A stretch of DNA of 64,000 nucleotides from Promethearchaeota archaeon (GCA_016840165.1 JAEOSU010000072.1:160001-224000); one strand, 5' to 3'. Numbered from the stretch's first letter, positions 38,626-48,993 are shown. Translations and numbers: made by a program. The notes: generated by a model not told the origin, from the letters alone.

Positions 38626-38670
38626 AATTGTTATACAAAATGTGAAAAACATTATGACAGACTTTTATAA
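38626..38670 (+). repeat. 45-nt direct repeat, copy 1 (5' leader plus first codons of acyl-CoA ligase 1)
   Basis: AATTGTTATACAAAATGTGAAAAACATTATGACAGACTTTTATAA, identical to 40480-40524. Confidence 0.9.
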
Positions 38671-40375
38671 AAACCGTGGGTGGATGGAGAATTGGGATGA
38701 GCATATCCATGACATTCCACCTGAAGAATATACAACTACATATGTTGAAATGGTCAAAAAGGCATTTAGAGAATACCCTGATAAGGCAGCTCTCGCCTAT
38801 TTGGGGGTTGAAGTAACATTTAAGGAATTAGATAATTATGCAAATCAGTTCGCTCAAATGCTATTAGAAAATGGGTTTCAAAAGGGAGACGTGGTTGGAA
38901 TAAATTTACCCAATACACCTGAATATCCAATTGCTTTATTAGGAGCTTTACGAGCTGGTTGTATCATTTCTGGGGTGTCACCTCTATTATCAGCAATTCA
39001 GATCCAATATCAAATTAATGACCTTGGTTCTGGCGGAAAGAAAGTAGCTTTAGTGACATTAGATGCAATTTTTGCGGGTCATATTACTAAGATTGCTTCC
39101 AAAATGCCTCAACTTAAATTAGTTGTAACAACGAGTGTTGCAGGATTTCTTCCGAAGATTAAACAGGTTTTAGGGAAAGCATTAGGAAAAGTTCCTAAGG
39201 GAAAAGTCACACCATTAGAAGGAAAAACAGTAATTGATTTCCATAAAGACATTTTAGGAAGGTATCCTATTGATCCTGTGGATGTGGGAGTAACACCTGA
39301 TGATATCGGTTGGATACAATACACTGGAGGCACAACTGGACCCCCTAAAGGAGCAATGTTAAGTCATAAAAATTGTGCATCCAATTTGTTAGCAATCGCT
39401 CAATGGCTCCAATGGGACTTCGGAAAAGGAGTTCTCCTCTCAGGGTTCCCAATGTATCATATTGCGGGATTAACTGTAGTAGAAGGAGCGATATATTTTG
39501 GAATGACCCAGGTATTAATCCCTAATCCTCGTGATACTGATCATATCATAAAAGAAATGAAGAAATATCGTCCTACAAATCTCGTCAATGTTCCTTCTTT
39601 ATATCAAATGCTTATTAAAAATCCTAAGTTCAAAGAATTAGATCATTCAGAATTAGGTATTTGTATCTCTGCAGCTTCTCCGTTCCCAAAAGAATCCCAA
39701 ATTCAATTAGAAAACATTATTGGTGAAGGAAAGCTGTTAGAGTTATATGGCATGACTGAATTGAGCCCTGTGGCAACCATGAATCCTAGTATAGGTGAAA
39801 AGCAACTCGGTACAGTAGGTTTACCTATTGCTAACGTAGATTTAAAGATAGTTGATCCTGATTCTGGGCAGGAAGTGCCTCTTGGAGAACCTGGAGAAAT
39901 TATGGTGAAAGGTCCATTAGTTATGCAGGGTTATTATAATAAACCTGAAGAAACTAAGAAGGCAATTGATTCGGATGGTTATATGCATACTGGAGATGTA
40001 GGTTTGATGCAGGAAGATGGATTTGTTAAGATTGTGGATAGAACCAAAGATATGATTATAGTAGGAGGATTTAAAGTATTTTCAAGTAAAGTAGAAGATA
40101 CCTTAATTAAACATCCTGCAATTGGAATGGTTGCGTTAATCGGTACTCCAAATCCAGACAGACCAGGTTCAGAGATTGTTAAAGCCTATGTCCAAATAGA
40201 TCCTGAATTTGCTTATGATGGCAATGAAGCAGCTCTTAAAGAGGATGTTATCAAATTCGCAAAGGATAATTGCGCTCCCTATGAAGTTCCTAAGGAAGTT
40301 CTGTTAGTAGAGGAACTACCTTTAACAGCAGTGGGTAAAGTGGATAAAAAGTCACTTAGACCTAAAAAGGAATAA
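38654..40375 (+). CDS. Long-chain fatty acid--CoA ligase (AMP-binding), paralog 1
   Basis: YTGGTTGPPKG, YGMTE, TGD, DRTKDMI..GG, GKVDKK. Start placed at MTDFYKNR, which both paralogs share. Confidence 0.92.
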   Translation: MTDFYKNRGWMENWDEHIHDIPPEEYTTTYVEMVKKAFREYPDKAALAYLGVEVTFKELDNYANQFAQMLLENGFQKGDVVGINLPNTPEYPIALLGALRAGCIISGVSPLLSAIQIQYQINDLGSGGKKVALVTLDAIFAGHITKIASKMPQLKLVVTTSVAGFLPKIKQVLGKALGKVPKGKVTPLEGKTVIDFHKDILGRYPIDPVDVGVTPDDIGWIQYTGGTTGPPKGAMLSHKNCASNLLAIAQWLQWDFGKGVLLSGFPMYHIAGLTVVEGAIYFGMTQVLIPNPRDTDHIIKEMKKYRPTNLVNVPSLYQMLIKNPKFKELDHSELGICISAASPFPKESQIQLENIIGEGKLLELYGMTELSPVATMNPSIGEKQLGTVGLPIANVDLKIVDPDSGQEVPLGEPGEIMVKGPLVMQGYYNKPEETKKAIDSDGYMHTGDVGLMQEDGFVKIVDRTKDMIIVGGFKVFSSKVEDTLIKHPAIGMVALIGTPNPDRPGSEIVKAYVQIDPEFAYDGNEAALKEDVIKFAKDNCAPYEVPKEVLLVEELPLTAVGKVDKKSLRPKKE

Positions 40376-40390
40376 TTCTGGTATTCAATC

Positions 40391-40408
40391 TTTTTTTTTT
40401 CTTTTTTT
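40391..40408 (+). terminator. Oligo-T archaeal terminator candidate
   Basis: T10-C-T7 tract 15 nt after the stop of ligase 1. Confidence 0.5.
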
Positions 40409-40479
40409 CATAAACCAATTTCATATAAGATAGTTATAGATTTTTAATGAAATCTAACCTATTATCTATTACAAATCTT

Positions 40480-40524
40480 AATTGTTATACAAAATGTGAA
40501 AAACATTATGACAGACTTTTATAA
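40480..40524 (+). repeat. 45-nt direct repeat, copy 2 (5' leader plus first codons of acyl-CoA ligase 2)
   Basis: Identical to 38626-38670. Confidence 0.9.
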
Positions 40525-42220
40525 GAACCGTGAATGGCGTAAAAATTGGGATGAGGGGCTTTCTGACTTAGATTCTAAGGTTTGGGAAACTTCCTATACT
40601 AGTGCTATTCGCGATACTTTTGATACGTTCCCTGATAAGATCGCTTTAGCTTATCAAGGATTAGAAATAAGCTTTGCTGACGTTGATAAATACTCCAATC
40701 AATTTGCCAATATGTTAATAGAACATGGCTTTAAGAAAGGCGATGTGGTGGGAATAAATTTAGCAAACATTCCAGAATACGTTTATGCCCTTATTGGAAC
40801 TTTAAAAGCCGGATGTATCGTATCAGGTGTAAGTCCACTTATGTCTGATGTGCAAATGCATTATCAAATTAATGATTTAGGAGCAGGAGGTAAAAATGTA
40901 GCTCTAGTAACATTGGATGCAATTTTCGAACACCGATTAACCAAAATTGCCAATAAATTACCACAACTCAAATTAGTTATAGCAACCAGTGTTATAGGAT
41001 CGTTTGATAAGGAATCAAGGGAAAAAATTAAAGCAGTTAAAGAAATTCCTAGTGGAATGGTTACCCCGTTAGAAGGAAAAGTTGTTTTAGATTTCCAAGA
41101 TGATGTTCTAACTAAATATTCCACTGATCTACCTAAAGTGGAGATAAATCCCGATGATATTGCTTTTATTCAATATACTGGAGGAACAACTGGACCGCCA
41201 AAAGGAGCTATGCTAACACACCGTAATTGTGTATCAGATCTTCTTATAGTACAAACTTGGCTTAATTGGGAGAAAGGAAAAGGAATTGCATTATCAGGAT
41301 TTCCTTTTTTTCATATTGCAGGAACTTTTTTCTTAGAAAACTGTATCTATTTAGGTTGGACGCAAGTATTAATCCCTGATCCCAGAGATGCAATGCACAT
41401 TTGCAATGAAATTAAGAAATATCAACCAACTGCCTTGGTTAACGTTCCATCATTATACCAGATATTAATAAACTTCCGCAAATTTAAACGATTAGATCAT
41501 TCAAATCTGGAAGTATGCATATCTGCTGCTTCTCCCTTCCCTGTAGAATCACAAAAAGCACTTGAGAGTATTGTGGGAGAAGGTAAACTTTTGGAAGTGT
41601 ACGGAATGACTGAAACCTCCCCTTTAACTACTATGAATCCAATGTGGGGAAAACGTAAATTAGGATCTATTGGACTACCATTATTAAATACAGAATTAAT
41701 ACTAATGGATCCAGAAACAGGTGATGTCGTCCCATTAGGTCAAGCGGGAGAAATTTGTGTTCGTGGACCGATGGTGATGAAAGGATATTATAATAAACCC
41801 GAAGAGACTAGAAAGGCTATTGATTCCGATGGTTTTATGCACACGGGTGATGTGGGGGTAATGTATGAGGATGGATACCTGAAGATTGTCGATCGAACTA
41901 AAGATATGATAATTGTTGGAGGATTCAAAGTATTTTCAGCAAAAGTTGAAGATACTTTAGTCAAACATCCTGCAGTCGGCATGGTTGCCCTTATAGGCAT
42001 TCCCAATCCAGATAGACCTGGTTCTGAAATCGTTAAAGCTTATATTCAATTAAATCCGGATTATGAATTCGATGGGGATGAGGAAGTTTTACGTGAGGAT
42101 ATACTTAATTTTGCCAAGGAGAATTGTGCTCCTTACGAAGTACCGAAGATTATTGAAATTTCTAAGGAATTACCCCTAACAACAGTAGGTAAAATTGATA
42201 AAAAGGTTCTTCGAAAATAG
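40508..42220 (+). CDS. Long-chain fatty acid--CoA ligase (AMP-binding), paralog 2
   Basis: Same motifs as paralog 1 (YTGGTTGPPKG, YGMTE, TGD, GKIDKK); colinear tandem duplicate. Confidence 0.92.
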   Translation: MTDFYKNREWRKNWDEGLSDLDSKVWETSYTSAIRDTFDTFPDKIALAYQGLEISFADVDKYSNQFANMLIEHGFKKGDVVGINLANIPEYVYALIGTLKAGCIVSGVSPLMSDVQMHYQINDLGAGGKNVALVTLDAIFEHRLTKIANKLPQLKLVIATSVIGSFDKESREKIKAVKEIPSGMVTPLEGKVVLDFQDDVLTKYSTDLPKVEINPDDIAFIQYTGGTTGPPKGAMLTHRNCVSDLLIVQTWLNWEKGKGIALSGFPFFHIAGTFFLENCIYLGWTQVLIPDPRDAMHICNEIKKYQPTALVNVPSLYQILINFRKFKRLDHSNLEVCISAASPFPVESQKALESIVGEGKLLEVYGMTETSPLTTMNPMWGKRKLGSIGLPLLNTELILMDPETGDVVPLGQAGEICVRGPMVMKGYYNKPEETRKAIDSDGFMHTGDVGVMYEDGYLKIVDRTKDMIIVGGFKVFSAKVEDTLVKHPAVGMVALIGIPNPDRPGSEIVKAYIQLNPDYEFDGDEEVLREDILNFAKENCAPYEVPKIIEISKELPLTTVGKIDKKVLRK

Positions 42221-42243
42221 AGTTCAAATTCATTTATTTTTTT

Positions 42244-42798
42244 TTAATTCTTATTATATATTTTAGAGAAACCAGGACATTTTTGCCAATCAGTCTTATA
42301 TTTACATTTTCTACATGTTTTTAGAAAGCTATAGGCATGGTATCCGTTTAAAATCACAACAATCACACCAAATATTAAAATAAATATTATTATATTGAAA
42401 ATTATATCAGCAGATAGGGTCCATATCCACCAAAATAAAAATACAGAGCCCAGTCCTATACAAAATTTTTGGAATATCTTTATTCCCTTTCTTTTAGTTA
42501 AATTTAAGGGGCTGAGAAGAAAAAAGGAAAGAAGAATTATTCCAGACACTAAAAGAGTCATAGAATCGAATAAAAGATAAATCTTAAATATATTAAATAG
42601 CAGAATACCAATTATGGCGGTCGGATATCCGATAAAACATCCAATACAAAAATGCATCGAGCCAATTTTTATTGTATGGTTCTTAAATTTTTCACAATCA
42701 GGGTGATGACTGAACAATAAAGAACCATATTTTTGAAAAAAAGTTTGCTCTAGATCTTTTGTCTTTTTGCGTAACTCATTACTACTAATTTCTGGCAT
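42244..42798 (-). CDS. Membrane protein with Cys/His metal-binding motifs (DUF2085-like)
   Basis: SHHPDC, FCIGCFIGY, four TM helices, C-terminal CRKC...CPG. Confidence 0.65.
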   Translation of the reverse strand: MPEISSNELRKKTKDLEQTFFQKYGSLLFSHHPDCEKFKNHTIKIGSMHFCIGCFIGYPTAIIGILLFNIFKIYLLFDSMTLLVSGIILLSFFLLSPLNLTKRKGIKIFQKFCIGLGSVFLFWWIWTLSADIIFNIIIFILIFGVIVVILNGYHAYSFLKTCRKCKYKTDWQKCPGFSKIYNKN

Positions 42799-42830
42799 GA
42801 TTATATCAGTGTTTTAATCACTAATAATGA

Positions 42831-43601
42831 TCATTGATTTGCATTTTTAACTTTCTCTACAATTATTGGGAAAACATCTCCAATTTTATCATGGATGACC
42901 ACATCAGCATATCTATCAATAGGTGTTTCTTGAATATTGATAATTACTAGCTTAGCTCCTAGCGATAAGGCTTTATCAGGATAACTTGCCGCAGGATAGA
43001 CTAATAAAGAACTTCCTAATACAATCATTAGATCACAGTCCTCAATCATTTTATCAGCGTTTATGAGCGTTTCAGATAACAAAGGCTCTCCAAAGAAGAT
43101 CGCGTTTGGTTTCAATAATCCATTACATACCTCACATGAAGGAGAATAATTGCCTTGTAATACTTGATTTATCATAGTAGTAATAGGAAAAACTTTATGG
43201 CATCGTATACACCTTGATTCATTTGCAGTGCCATGAAGTTCAATAATGTTTTTTGTATGGGCTTTCTGATGCAGTCCGTCAATATTTTGAGTAATAACTC
43301 CTTTTAATTTCCCCATTTTCTGTAACTTAGTTATTACCTTGTGTCCTCTGTTTGGTTTTGCACGAAAAATGTTCATACCCATTTCAAGCATAAATTTTAG
43401 GTTTTTGCTTGTATTTGCGACATAAGAATTAATACTGCCAAATTCATAGGGGTCTACTTTTTCCCATAAACCCGTGTTAGGGGATCTAAAATCAGCAATC
43501 CCCGATTCGGTACTCATGCCCGCTCCGGTTAGTATCACAATATTTTGGGCTTTTTGGATTAATTCTACAACTTTTTCGATTTTCTCTTCCAAATTACTCA
43601 T
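42831..43601 (-). CDS. cobB: NAD-dependent protein deacylase, Sir2/CobB family
   Basis: TGAGMSTESGIADFR, TQNIDGLH, ELHG, CIRC...CEVC zinc site, FFGE, GSSLLVYPAA. Confidence 0.93.
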   Translation of the reverse strand: MSNLEEKIEKVVELIQKAQNIVILTGAGMSTESGIADFRSPNTGLWEKVDPYEFGSINSYVANTSKNLKFMLEMGMNIFRAKPNRGHKVITKLQKMGKLKGVITQNIDGLHQKAHTKNIIELHGTANESRCIRCHKVFPITTMINQVLQGNYSPSCEVCNGLLKPNAIFFGEPLLSETLINADKMIEDCDLMIVLGSSLLVYPAASYPDKALSLGAKLVIINIQETPIDRYADVVIHDKIGDVFPIIVEKVKNANQ

Positions 43602-43722
43602 TTTTTATGATTCTCTAAAATAATTCTAAAATTAACTAAAAAAATAGAAAAAATATTTAATACTATTATTTTTATTTAGTGATTATAGTATAATAATATA
43701 TTTTAACTAATAAATTCTTGAA

Positions 43723-44280
43723 ATGGATACTACCATGCAAGCATTAAAGTCCTATATCTATAAGATTTGCGTTGTAGGAAATGGTGGAGTAGGAAAAACC
43801 TCAATGGTGCTACGTTATTGTGAAAATACGTTTAAAGAGAATTATATAATGACAATTGGGTCAAATTTCTCAACAAAAACTGTAAGTTTACCAGATTACC
43901 CCCAATTGCAAGTAAAACTTCAGATTTGGGATCTTGCGGGGCAGAAACATTTCAGCTTTGTACGACCTCCGTTTTATCGAGGTGCAACCGGAATAATATA
44001 TGTTTTTGATTTAACGCGAAGATCTTCTTTTGCCGATTTAAATGAATGGAAAACTGAAGTCCAGAAAGTTGTTGGACAAAAACCTGCTTTGTTAGTCGGG
44101 AATAAAATAGATATCGCAAGAGATGGAAAAAGAGAAGTCGCCTCTCAAGACGGAGAGTCCTTTAAAAATGAGATAAACGCAAAAAAATATTTTGAGACTA
44201 GTGCCAAGGAAGGAGATTCTGTCGAGCAAGTATTTAAACTGCTAACTTTAGAAATTTTAAGGAGTTCTGGAAAAATTTAG
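43723..44280 (+). CDS. Rab-like small GTPase (Ras superfamily; eukaryotic signature protein)
   Basis: G1 GNGGVGKTS, G2 TIG, G3 WDLAGQ, G4 NKID, G5 ETSAK, FYRGA; no C-terminal Cys for prenylation. Confidence 0.93.
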   Translation: MDTTMQALKSYIYKICVVGNGGVGKTSMVLRYCENTFKENYIMTIGSNFSTKTVSLPDYPQLQVKLQIWDLAGQKHFSFVRPPFYRGATGIIYVFDLTRRSSFADLNEWKTEVQKVVGQKPALLVGNKIDIARDGKREVASQDGESFKNEINAKKYFETSAKEGDSVEQVFKLLTLEILRSSGKI

Positions 44281-44392
44281 GAATTAATTAGTTATAAACA
44301 TTAAATTCTTATTATGTAATTAATTGTTAAATATTAATTAGTTTGACACTGAAATTTTTATTAAATAATTTTAGAAGTTTGTGAAATAAATC

Positions 44393-45115
44393 ATGATTGG
44401 TGGCGGACAAGTTAAATATGACCGAGCACTTACAGTTTTCTCGCCCGAGGGCCGTCTATTTCAAGTGGAATATGCATTAGAGGCTGTCCGACGGGGCACA
44501 TTAGCTGTTGCCGTGAAATCAAAAGATAGTGTGGCGCTGGCAGCACAAATTAAAATTCCCTCAAAGTTAATGGATGCGGATGAAATTGATAAATTGTTTC
44601 AAGTAGACGAACATATTGGTGTTGCAATTTCTGGATTACATGCGGATTCTCGAATGCTCATAAATTATGCTCGTGTTCAAGCACAATCTTTTCGTTTAAC
44701 TTATGATGAACCAGTTAGATTGAATATGTTGGTTAAATCTATAGCCGATATCAAGCAACAGTATACTCAATTTGGAGGCATACGTCCATTTGGGTGTGCA
44801 CTCTTCTTTATAGCTATTGATCCCGCAGGAACTCAAATTTATACGACTTCTCCAAGTGGAATTTATCGTTCCTTTAAATGTTATGCGTTGGGTAGTGGTG
44901 AAGCCTCAGCACGAGAATATCTTAAAGAGCATTATAAAGAAGGTTTAAATTATGATGAAGTAATGAATTTAACGTTAACTGCTTTAAAGGAATCTATAGA
45001 CGAAGAAGCTACCAAAGAGAACATCCGCTTAGCTTACATCAAATCAGAAGATAATTTGTTTCATATGTGCACTAAAGATGAAGTTGAGCAGCATTTAGCT
45101 AAATTAGCAGAATAA
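44393..45115 (+). CDS. psmA: Proteasome alpha subunit
   Basis: YDRALTVFSPEGRLFQVEYA, SGLHADSR, YTQFGGIRPFG. Confidence 0.95.
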   Translation: MIGGGQVKYDRALTVFSPEGRLFQVEYALEAVRRGTLAVAVKSKDSVALAAQIKIPSKLMDADEIDKLFQVDEHIGVAISGLHADSRMLINYARVQAQSFRLTYDEPVRLNMLVKSIADIKQQYTQFGGIRPFGCALFFIAIDPAGTQIYTTSPSGIYRSFKCYALGSGEASAREYLKEHYKEGLNYDEVMNLTLTALKESIDEEATKENIRLAYIKSEDNLFHMCTKDEVEQHLAKLAE

Positions 45116-45226
45116 TTGTTCTAGTTCTTACTATTTCTTTTTAATTAATCATTTTCTCTTGATTAGATTAGTTTATATAAGATACAACATCCTCTAACTC
45201 TATTTTCAAGTCCTCTATAGTTTTTT

Positions 45227-45257
45227 AAAAAGAAAAAAGAAAAAAAAGAAAAGAAAA
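45227..45257 (-). terminator. Oligo-T terminator candidate for the UPF0182 gene
   Basis: Long A-rich tract on + (U-rich on -) immediately after the stop at 45258. Confidence 0.5.
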
Positions 45258-48200
45258 TTAGGTTAAAACTACTATAATCCCAATAGTTGATGTGTATAAG
45301 ACTAAGCCATCAACAATTAAGGTCCATTGATACCTTACTAAAATATCTCCGACAGAACAATTAAGTAATCCATTAAGCCCCAGAATCTCACCTGAATTTA
45401 AATTGATGGAATCAATAATAGTAAAATTGATACCAAAATATTGAACTGGTCCGACAAAGAAACTATAAGTGCTATTTGATGTAGAATATGCGGGTGGAAC
45501 TTGTATTGAGAAATCAACACCAGATACAGCCGTAATTAAAGTTAAATTGACTTGAATGTTTTGGATCGGAGAGGCAGAATAATTGGTATTAAAATTTTCT
45601 AATTCAATTCGGAAACTAGCGGGATCTGAGGGATAGGTCATTGATTCATCTATTTTAAAATCGAAGTTAAGCGGTAATAAGCTAACTGTTATAGTTAAAT
45701 TGTTTGAGTTCTTTGTACCATAATTATTTTTTGCAATTACATAGTATTCATAAATGCCACTTGTTAAATCATTGATTTGAAGATTTCTTTGGGTTGAAGG
45801 CAGATTTTCAGCAATAAGAGTGTTGTTTTGATATACTGAGTAACTATCAGCAAAGCTTGAAGTACTCCAATTAAGAAGAAAATTTCCATCAATATCTGGA
45901 GTACCAGCAGTTGAAATAAGGGTAAAAGCACCTGGAGGAAAGTTTTCCAAATCTGAATATGCATCAAATGCATCTTTACCATATCCTACTTCTCTAGTGA
46001 AAGCTTCAACAAATCCTGCTAATTGAAGTTCTTGCAATCCTTCTACATTGCTATAGGTAGGAATATAATAGTATATCGAACCTCCTAGGGGATATATTAA
46101 AGTATTTCCATTCCGCCGATTGATAACTGTAAAAAGTTCTTGACTAGCCTCTGAAGTATAGGTATCTCTAGCTGTTTTTGGTCCAATTAATTGTTCTGTT
46201 GATGTCCTGGTGCTATAAAATATTACTTCTCCAAAATGAGTACCATGGCGTACGAAATACATACCTGCCAAAGTTCTAGCTTCTAATCCTCGATATTCAA
46301 CTAAGTCTAATCCAACATATTCTATTCCTTCACCCAAATCGGTTTCAATATAGAATAGATCTCCTTCTTCTGGCCTTTCATGAAAATCATCACCCCTTCT
46401 CCAAGTTGTTGGATTATTTACATGGTAAATATAATTTGCTTCAAGCTGTTGCTCAAACAAGTCTTCTGGATACCTTAATTGTTCGCTAAGCCAAGCGGGG
46501 GCATCTTTCCAATCATACTTCTGGATATATACTTGCCAGAGAAGATATGTAGGATCATCAGTAGATGGATTAAGTGCGGGATTTTTATAAAATTCCATCT
46601 CACCGTTAGTTACATCGATGAGACAGATGCCAAGAAATCTAAGGATGGGAAACATGGCATACGATCCTATATTAAGCGAAGTATAAATTGAAACAGCATA
46701 ATACATTTTACCATTTAAACTGTCAAATACTAGGTAAGGGTCGTTATCAATTCTTAATCCAGGGAGTAGTATTGCCGAAACTCTTTCTTTTACATTACGA
46801 TTCAATAAATAATCATGCTCTCCTTGAAATACATAACCCCATAATCCAAATCCTGCTGTATACCAAAATGCTTCTATTCCAGTAAGCATTCCATCGGGTT
46901 CACCTGTATAATTATATTTATTATTAGGAATACCGGCACCCCATTCTGTATAAAGGAGGATATCATTATCGTAAGCACCTAGTCCTCCAAAGTCTCCTTG
47001 TTGCTCTAAAAATCTCTGACTTTCGGATTCTCCAAAGAATATTGGATAATCCTCTGCCACTCCAAAAATTTCTGAGACATTTACCAATTCTCCTGATGAG
47101 GAATTTAACGCCAAAAATCCCTCAACATGATCATATAGTTCAGTATTAGTAGCAACTGAGTCACCTTCAAATTGAGATATTCTTACTGTCTTAGGAGCAA
47201 CCCAGTATTCAGTTTCATTATAATAAACTATATCTGAATCAGCAAGCCCCTCAAAGGTTGTGCCTATTTTTGCTGCAATAAATTGAACCGCATAGTCTTG
47301 ATCATACTGGCGGATCTGGTTAAGAATATCATTATCAGATGTATTTGAAGCCAATTTTGATAAAGTAAAATTTTCAATTGGTCTATCTTCAAAAATATCC
47401 AATCCAGCACAATCTGAAGTCCATTGGACTTCTCTTTGAAATTTCTTGGCCCATTGCTGATCAAACCATATTTCTGTCCTATTTAGATTAATATAAGTAC
47501 CGATACTAATGAAGAGTGGTGTGATCACTAAGATAGTAAGAATTACTCCAATAATCCCTAACTTCTTATAGTTTTGCCGTGGAATCATAAACTTCGTCGA
47601 ATCGCGTTTGTAGATTATTTTACCAAAAATATATAAAAAGGTACCCACAACAAGTAAACCTATGAATCCAAAAATGAGAGCCCAACTCTGAGTGATATTA
47701 ATTCCATCTAAAGACATTGTTGGCAACGCAAAGAAACCAAGCCCGAGAAATAAACCAATGATGATGATGATATTAGCTAAAACGTAATAGTCATTCCTTC
47801 TTAAATAGATATTTCTTGTAATATTTAGAGCTGCTCGAAAAATAAGAATTGCAAGAATGAAATTAATTATAGGGATTATTAAGTTACCATAAATAAAGAT
47901 CGTAATATAATCATTGTTAGCAGGATTAAAGATAACATTAAACGCATCGGTTAGTATTGTTGGAGAGAGCTCTAATTCGCCATTTTCAAGTAGGTAAATA
48001 ATCCATGAGAACCCTTGATTATTAGAATCTAATAAAAATCCAAATAGGTAGAATATAACAAATCCGATAGTCCACCAAAATATTGCAGACTTCAGATATG
48101 AGGGTTTCCCAAAACGAAGTTTTGTACCAATAATGCTTAATAAATTTTTATCAGGTGGTAGACACATAACTGTGCTTCCTATTAGCGCTCCAATCAATGC

Positions 48201-48458
48201 GGTCTTGTTAAAGAAAAATCTTGTTGACCAAAAGTTCAGAAGATAAATATCTATAAAATCGGAATTCGCCTTATTTTGATACAATTGTATTTGTAGGTTA
48301 ATTGGGGCAAACCAAGAAGGGATTAACCATAAAAAAATAAGTAAAAGTGCAATAGCAATAATAGGTATGGAATATATAAGGTATTTTCGTAGATGAGATT
48401 TCTTTTTCAATGGTTTATACTTAAATCTTCCGTCATTTTCAATATTCGTATTTACCAT
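45258..48458 (-). CDS. UPF0182-like membrane protein with C-terminal fibronectin type III / Ig-like extension
   Basis: About 7 N-terminal TM helices; UPF0182-type motifs RNVKERVSAILLPGLRIDNDPYLV, LRYPEDLF..Q...YHV, GNTLIYPLGGSIYYYIPTY; FN3-like LNWST..ADSYSVY...LTSGIYEYYVIAKNNYG. Confidence 0.8.
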   Translation of the reverse strand: MVNTNIENDGRFKYKPLKKKSHLRKYLIYSIPIIAIALLLIFLWLIPSWFAPINLQIQLYQNKANSDFIDIYLLNFWSTRFFFNKTALIGALIGSTVMCLPPDKNLLSIIGTKLRFGKPSYLKSAIFWWTIGFVIFYLFGFLLDSNNQGFSWIIYLLENGELELSPTILTDAFNVIFNPANNDYITIFIYGNLIIPIINFILAILIFRAALNITRNIYLRRNDYYVLANIIIIIGLFLGLGFFALPTMSLDGINITQSWALIFGFIGLLVVGTFLYIFGKIIYKRDSTKFMIPRQNYKKLGIIGVILTILVITPLFISIGTYINLNRTEIWFDQQWAKKFQREVQWTSDCAGLDIFEDRPIENFTLSKLASNTSDNDILNQIRQYDQDYAVQFIAAKIGTTFEGLADSDIVYYNETEYWVAPKTVRISQFEGDSVATNTELYDHVEGFLALNSSSGELVNVSEIFGVAEDYPIFFGESESQRFLEQQGDFGGLGAYDNDILLYTEWGAGIPNNKYNYTGEPDGMLTGIEAFWYTAGFGLWGYVFQGEHDYLLNRNVKERVSAILLPGLRIDNDPYLVFDSLNGKMYYAVSIYTSLNIGSYAMFPILRFLGICLIDVTNGEMEFYKNPALNPSTDDPTYLLWQVYIQKYDWKDAPAWLSEQLRYPEDLFEQQLEANYIYHVNNPTTWRRGDDFHERPEEGDLFYIETDLGEGIEYVGLDLVEYRGLEARTLAGMYFVRHGTHFGEVIFYSTRTSTEQLIGPKTARDTYTSEASQELFTVINRRNGNTLIYPLGGSIYYYIPTYSNVEGLQELQLAGFVEAFTREVGYGKDAFDAYSDLENFPPGAFTLISTAGTPDIDGNFLLNWSTSSFADSYSVYQNNTLIAENLPSTQRNLQINDLTSGIYEYYVIAKNNYGTKNSNNLTITVSLLPLNFDFKIDESMTYPSDPASFRIELENFNTNYSASPIQNIQVNLTLITAVSGVDFSIQVPPAYSTSNSTYSFFVGPVQYFGINFTIIDSINLNSGEILGLNGLLNCSVGDILVRYQWTLIVDGLVLYTSTIGIIVVLT

Positions 48459-48600
48459 AGAATTTCAGTTTTTTTATAATTAAAATTAAAAATCTTGACT
48501 AACATTAGATTCTATAATAGTGTTAAATTATAAAATGCTTTAATATAAGAAATAACTACCCTTATTAAGGATTTTTCTTATAATATTAACGTGAGTGATT

Positions 48601-48993
48601 ATGGCTAAAAAAAAGAAAATCAGGGAGGAATTTGATACTATTTTTAAAAGCGGAAATGAAAAGGCCATAAAGAAGATGTTAGATAAATATCCATGGTTAT
48701 TGTCTGAAGTATCGAGTGAAATGGAAAAAGATATGGGAGATCAACAGCAAGTTATCGCTGCATTAGGCGTCATGGAGGACGAGCTGGGAGGTGCAGTACC
48801 AGTTGATGAAATCGTATTTAGTTTAAAGTTAGATTTTAATATTCGGCTAAATGATGAGGAAGTGTTAGAAATTTTAAAGAATGTTGAAGAATTAGGGCTA
48901 GTAAAGCGCGATACTGATGGGTGGATACTAACTCGAGAAGGAGGAAGGATCTGTGATGAGTTTTTAAACAAGAATCTAAAAAATAATATTTAA
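48601..48993 (+). CDS. Hypothetical protein with C-terminal winged-helix-like domain
   Basis: EEVLEILKNVEELGLV...WILTREG wHTH pattern. Start placed at ATG 48601 (ORF track: GTG 48595). Confidence 0.65.
   Translation: MAKKKKIREEFDTIFKSGNEKAIKKMLDKYPWLLSEVSSEMEKDMGDQQQVIAALGVMEDELGGAVPVDEIVFSLKLDFNIRLNDEEVLEILKNVEELGLVKRDTDGWILTREGGRICDEFLNKNLKNNI

Noticed and set aside
1-43601. A window-wide NAD metabolism cluster (pncB, SIR2-TPR, SDR, NPP, GH4, cobB)
   Set aside because: The genes are scattered over 43 kb on both strands and NAD-using enzymes are common. Only the pncB/SIR2-TPR adjacency was retained.
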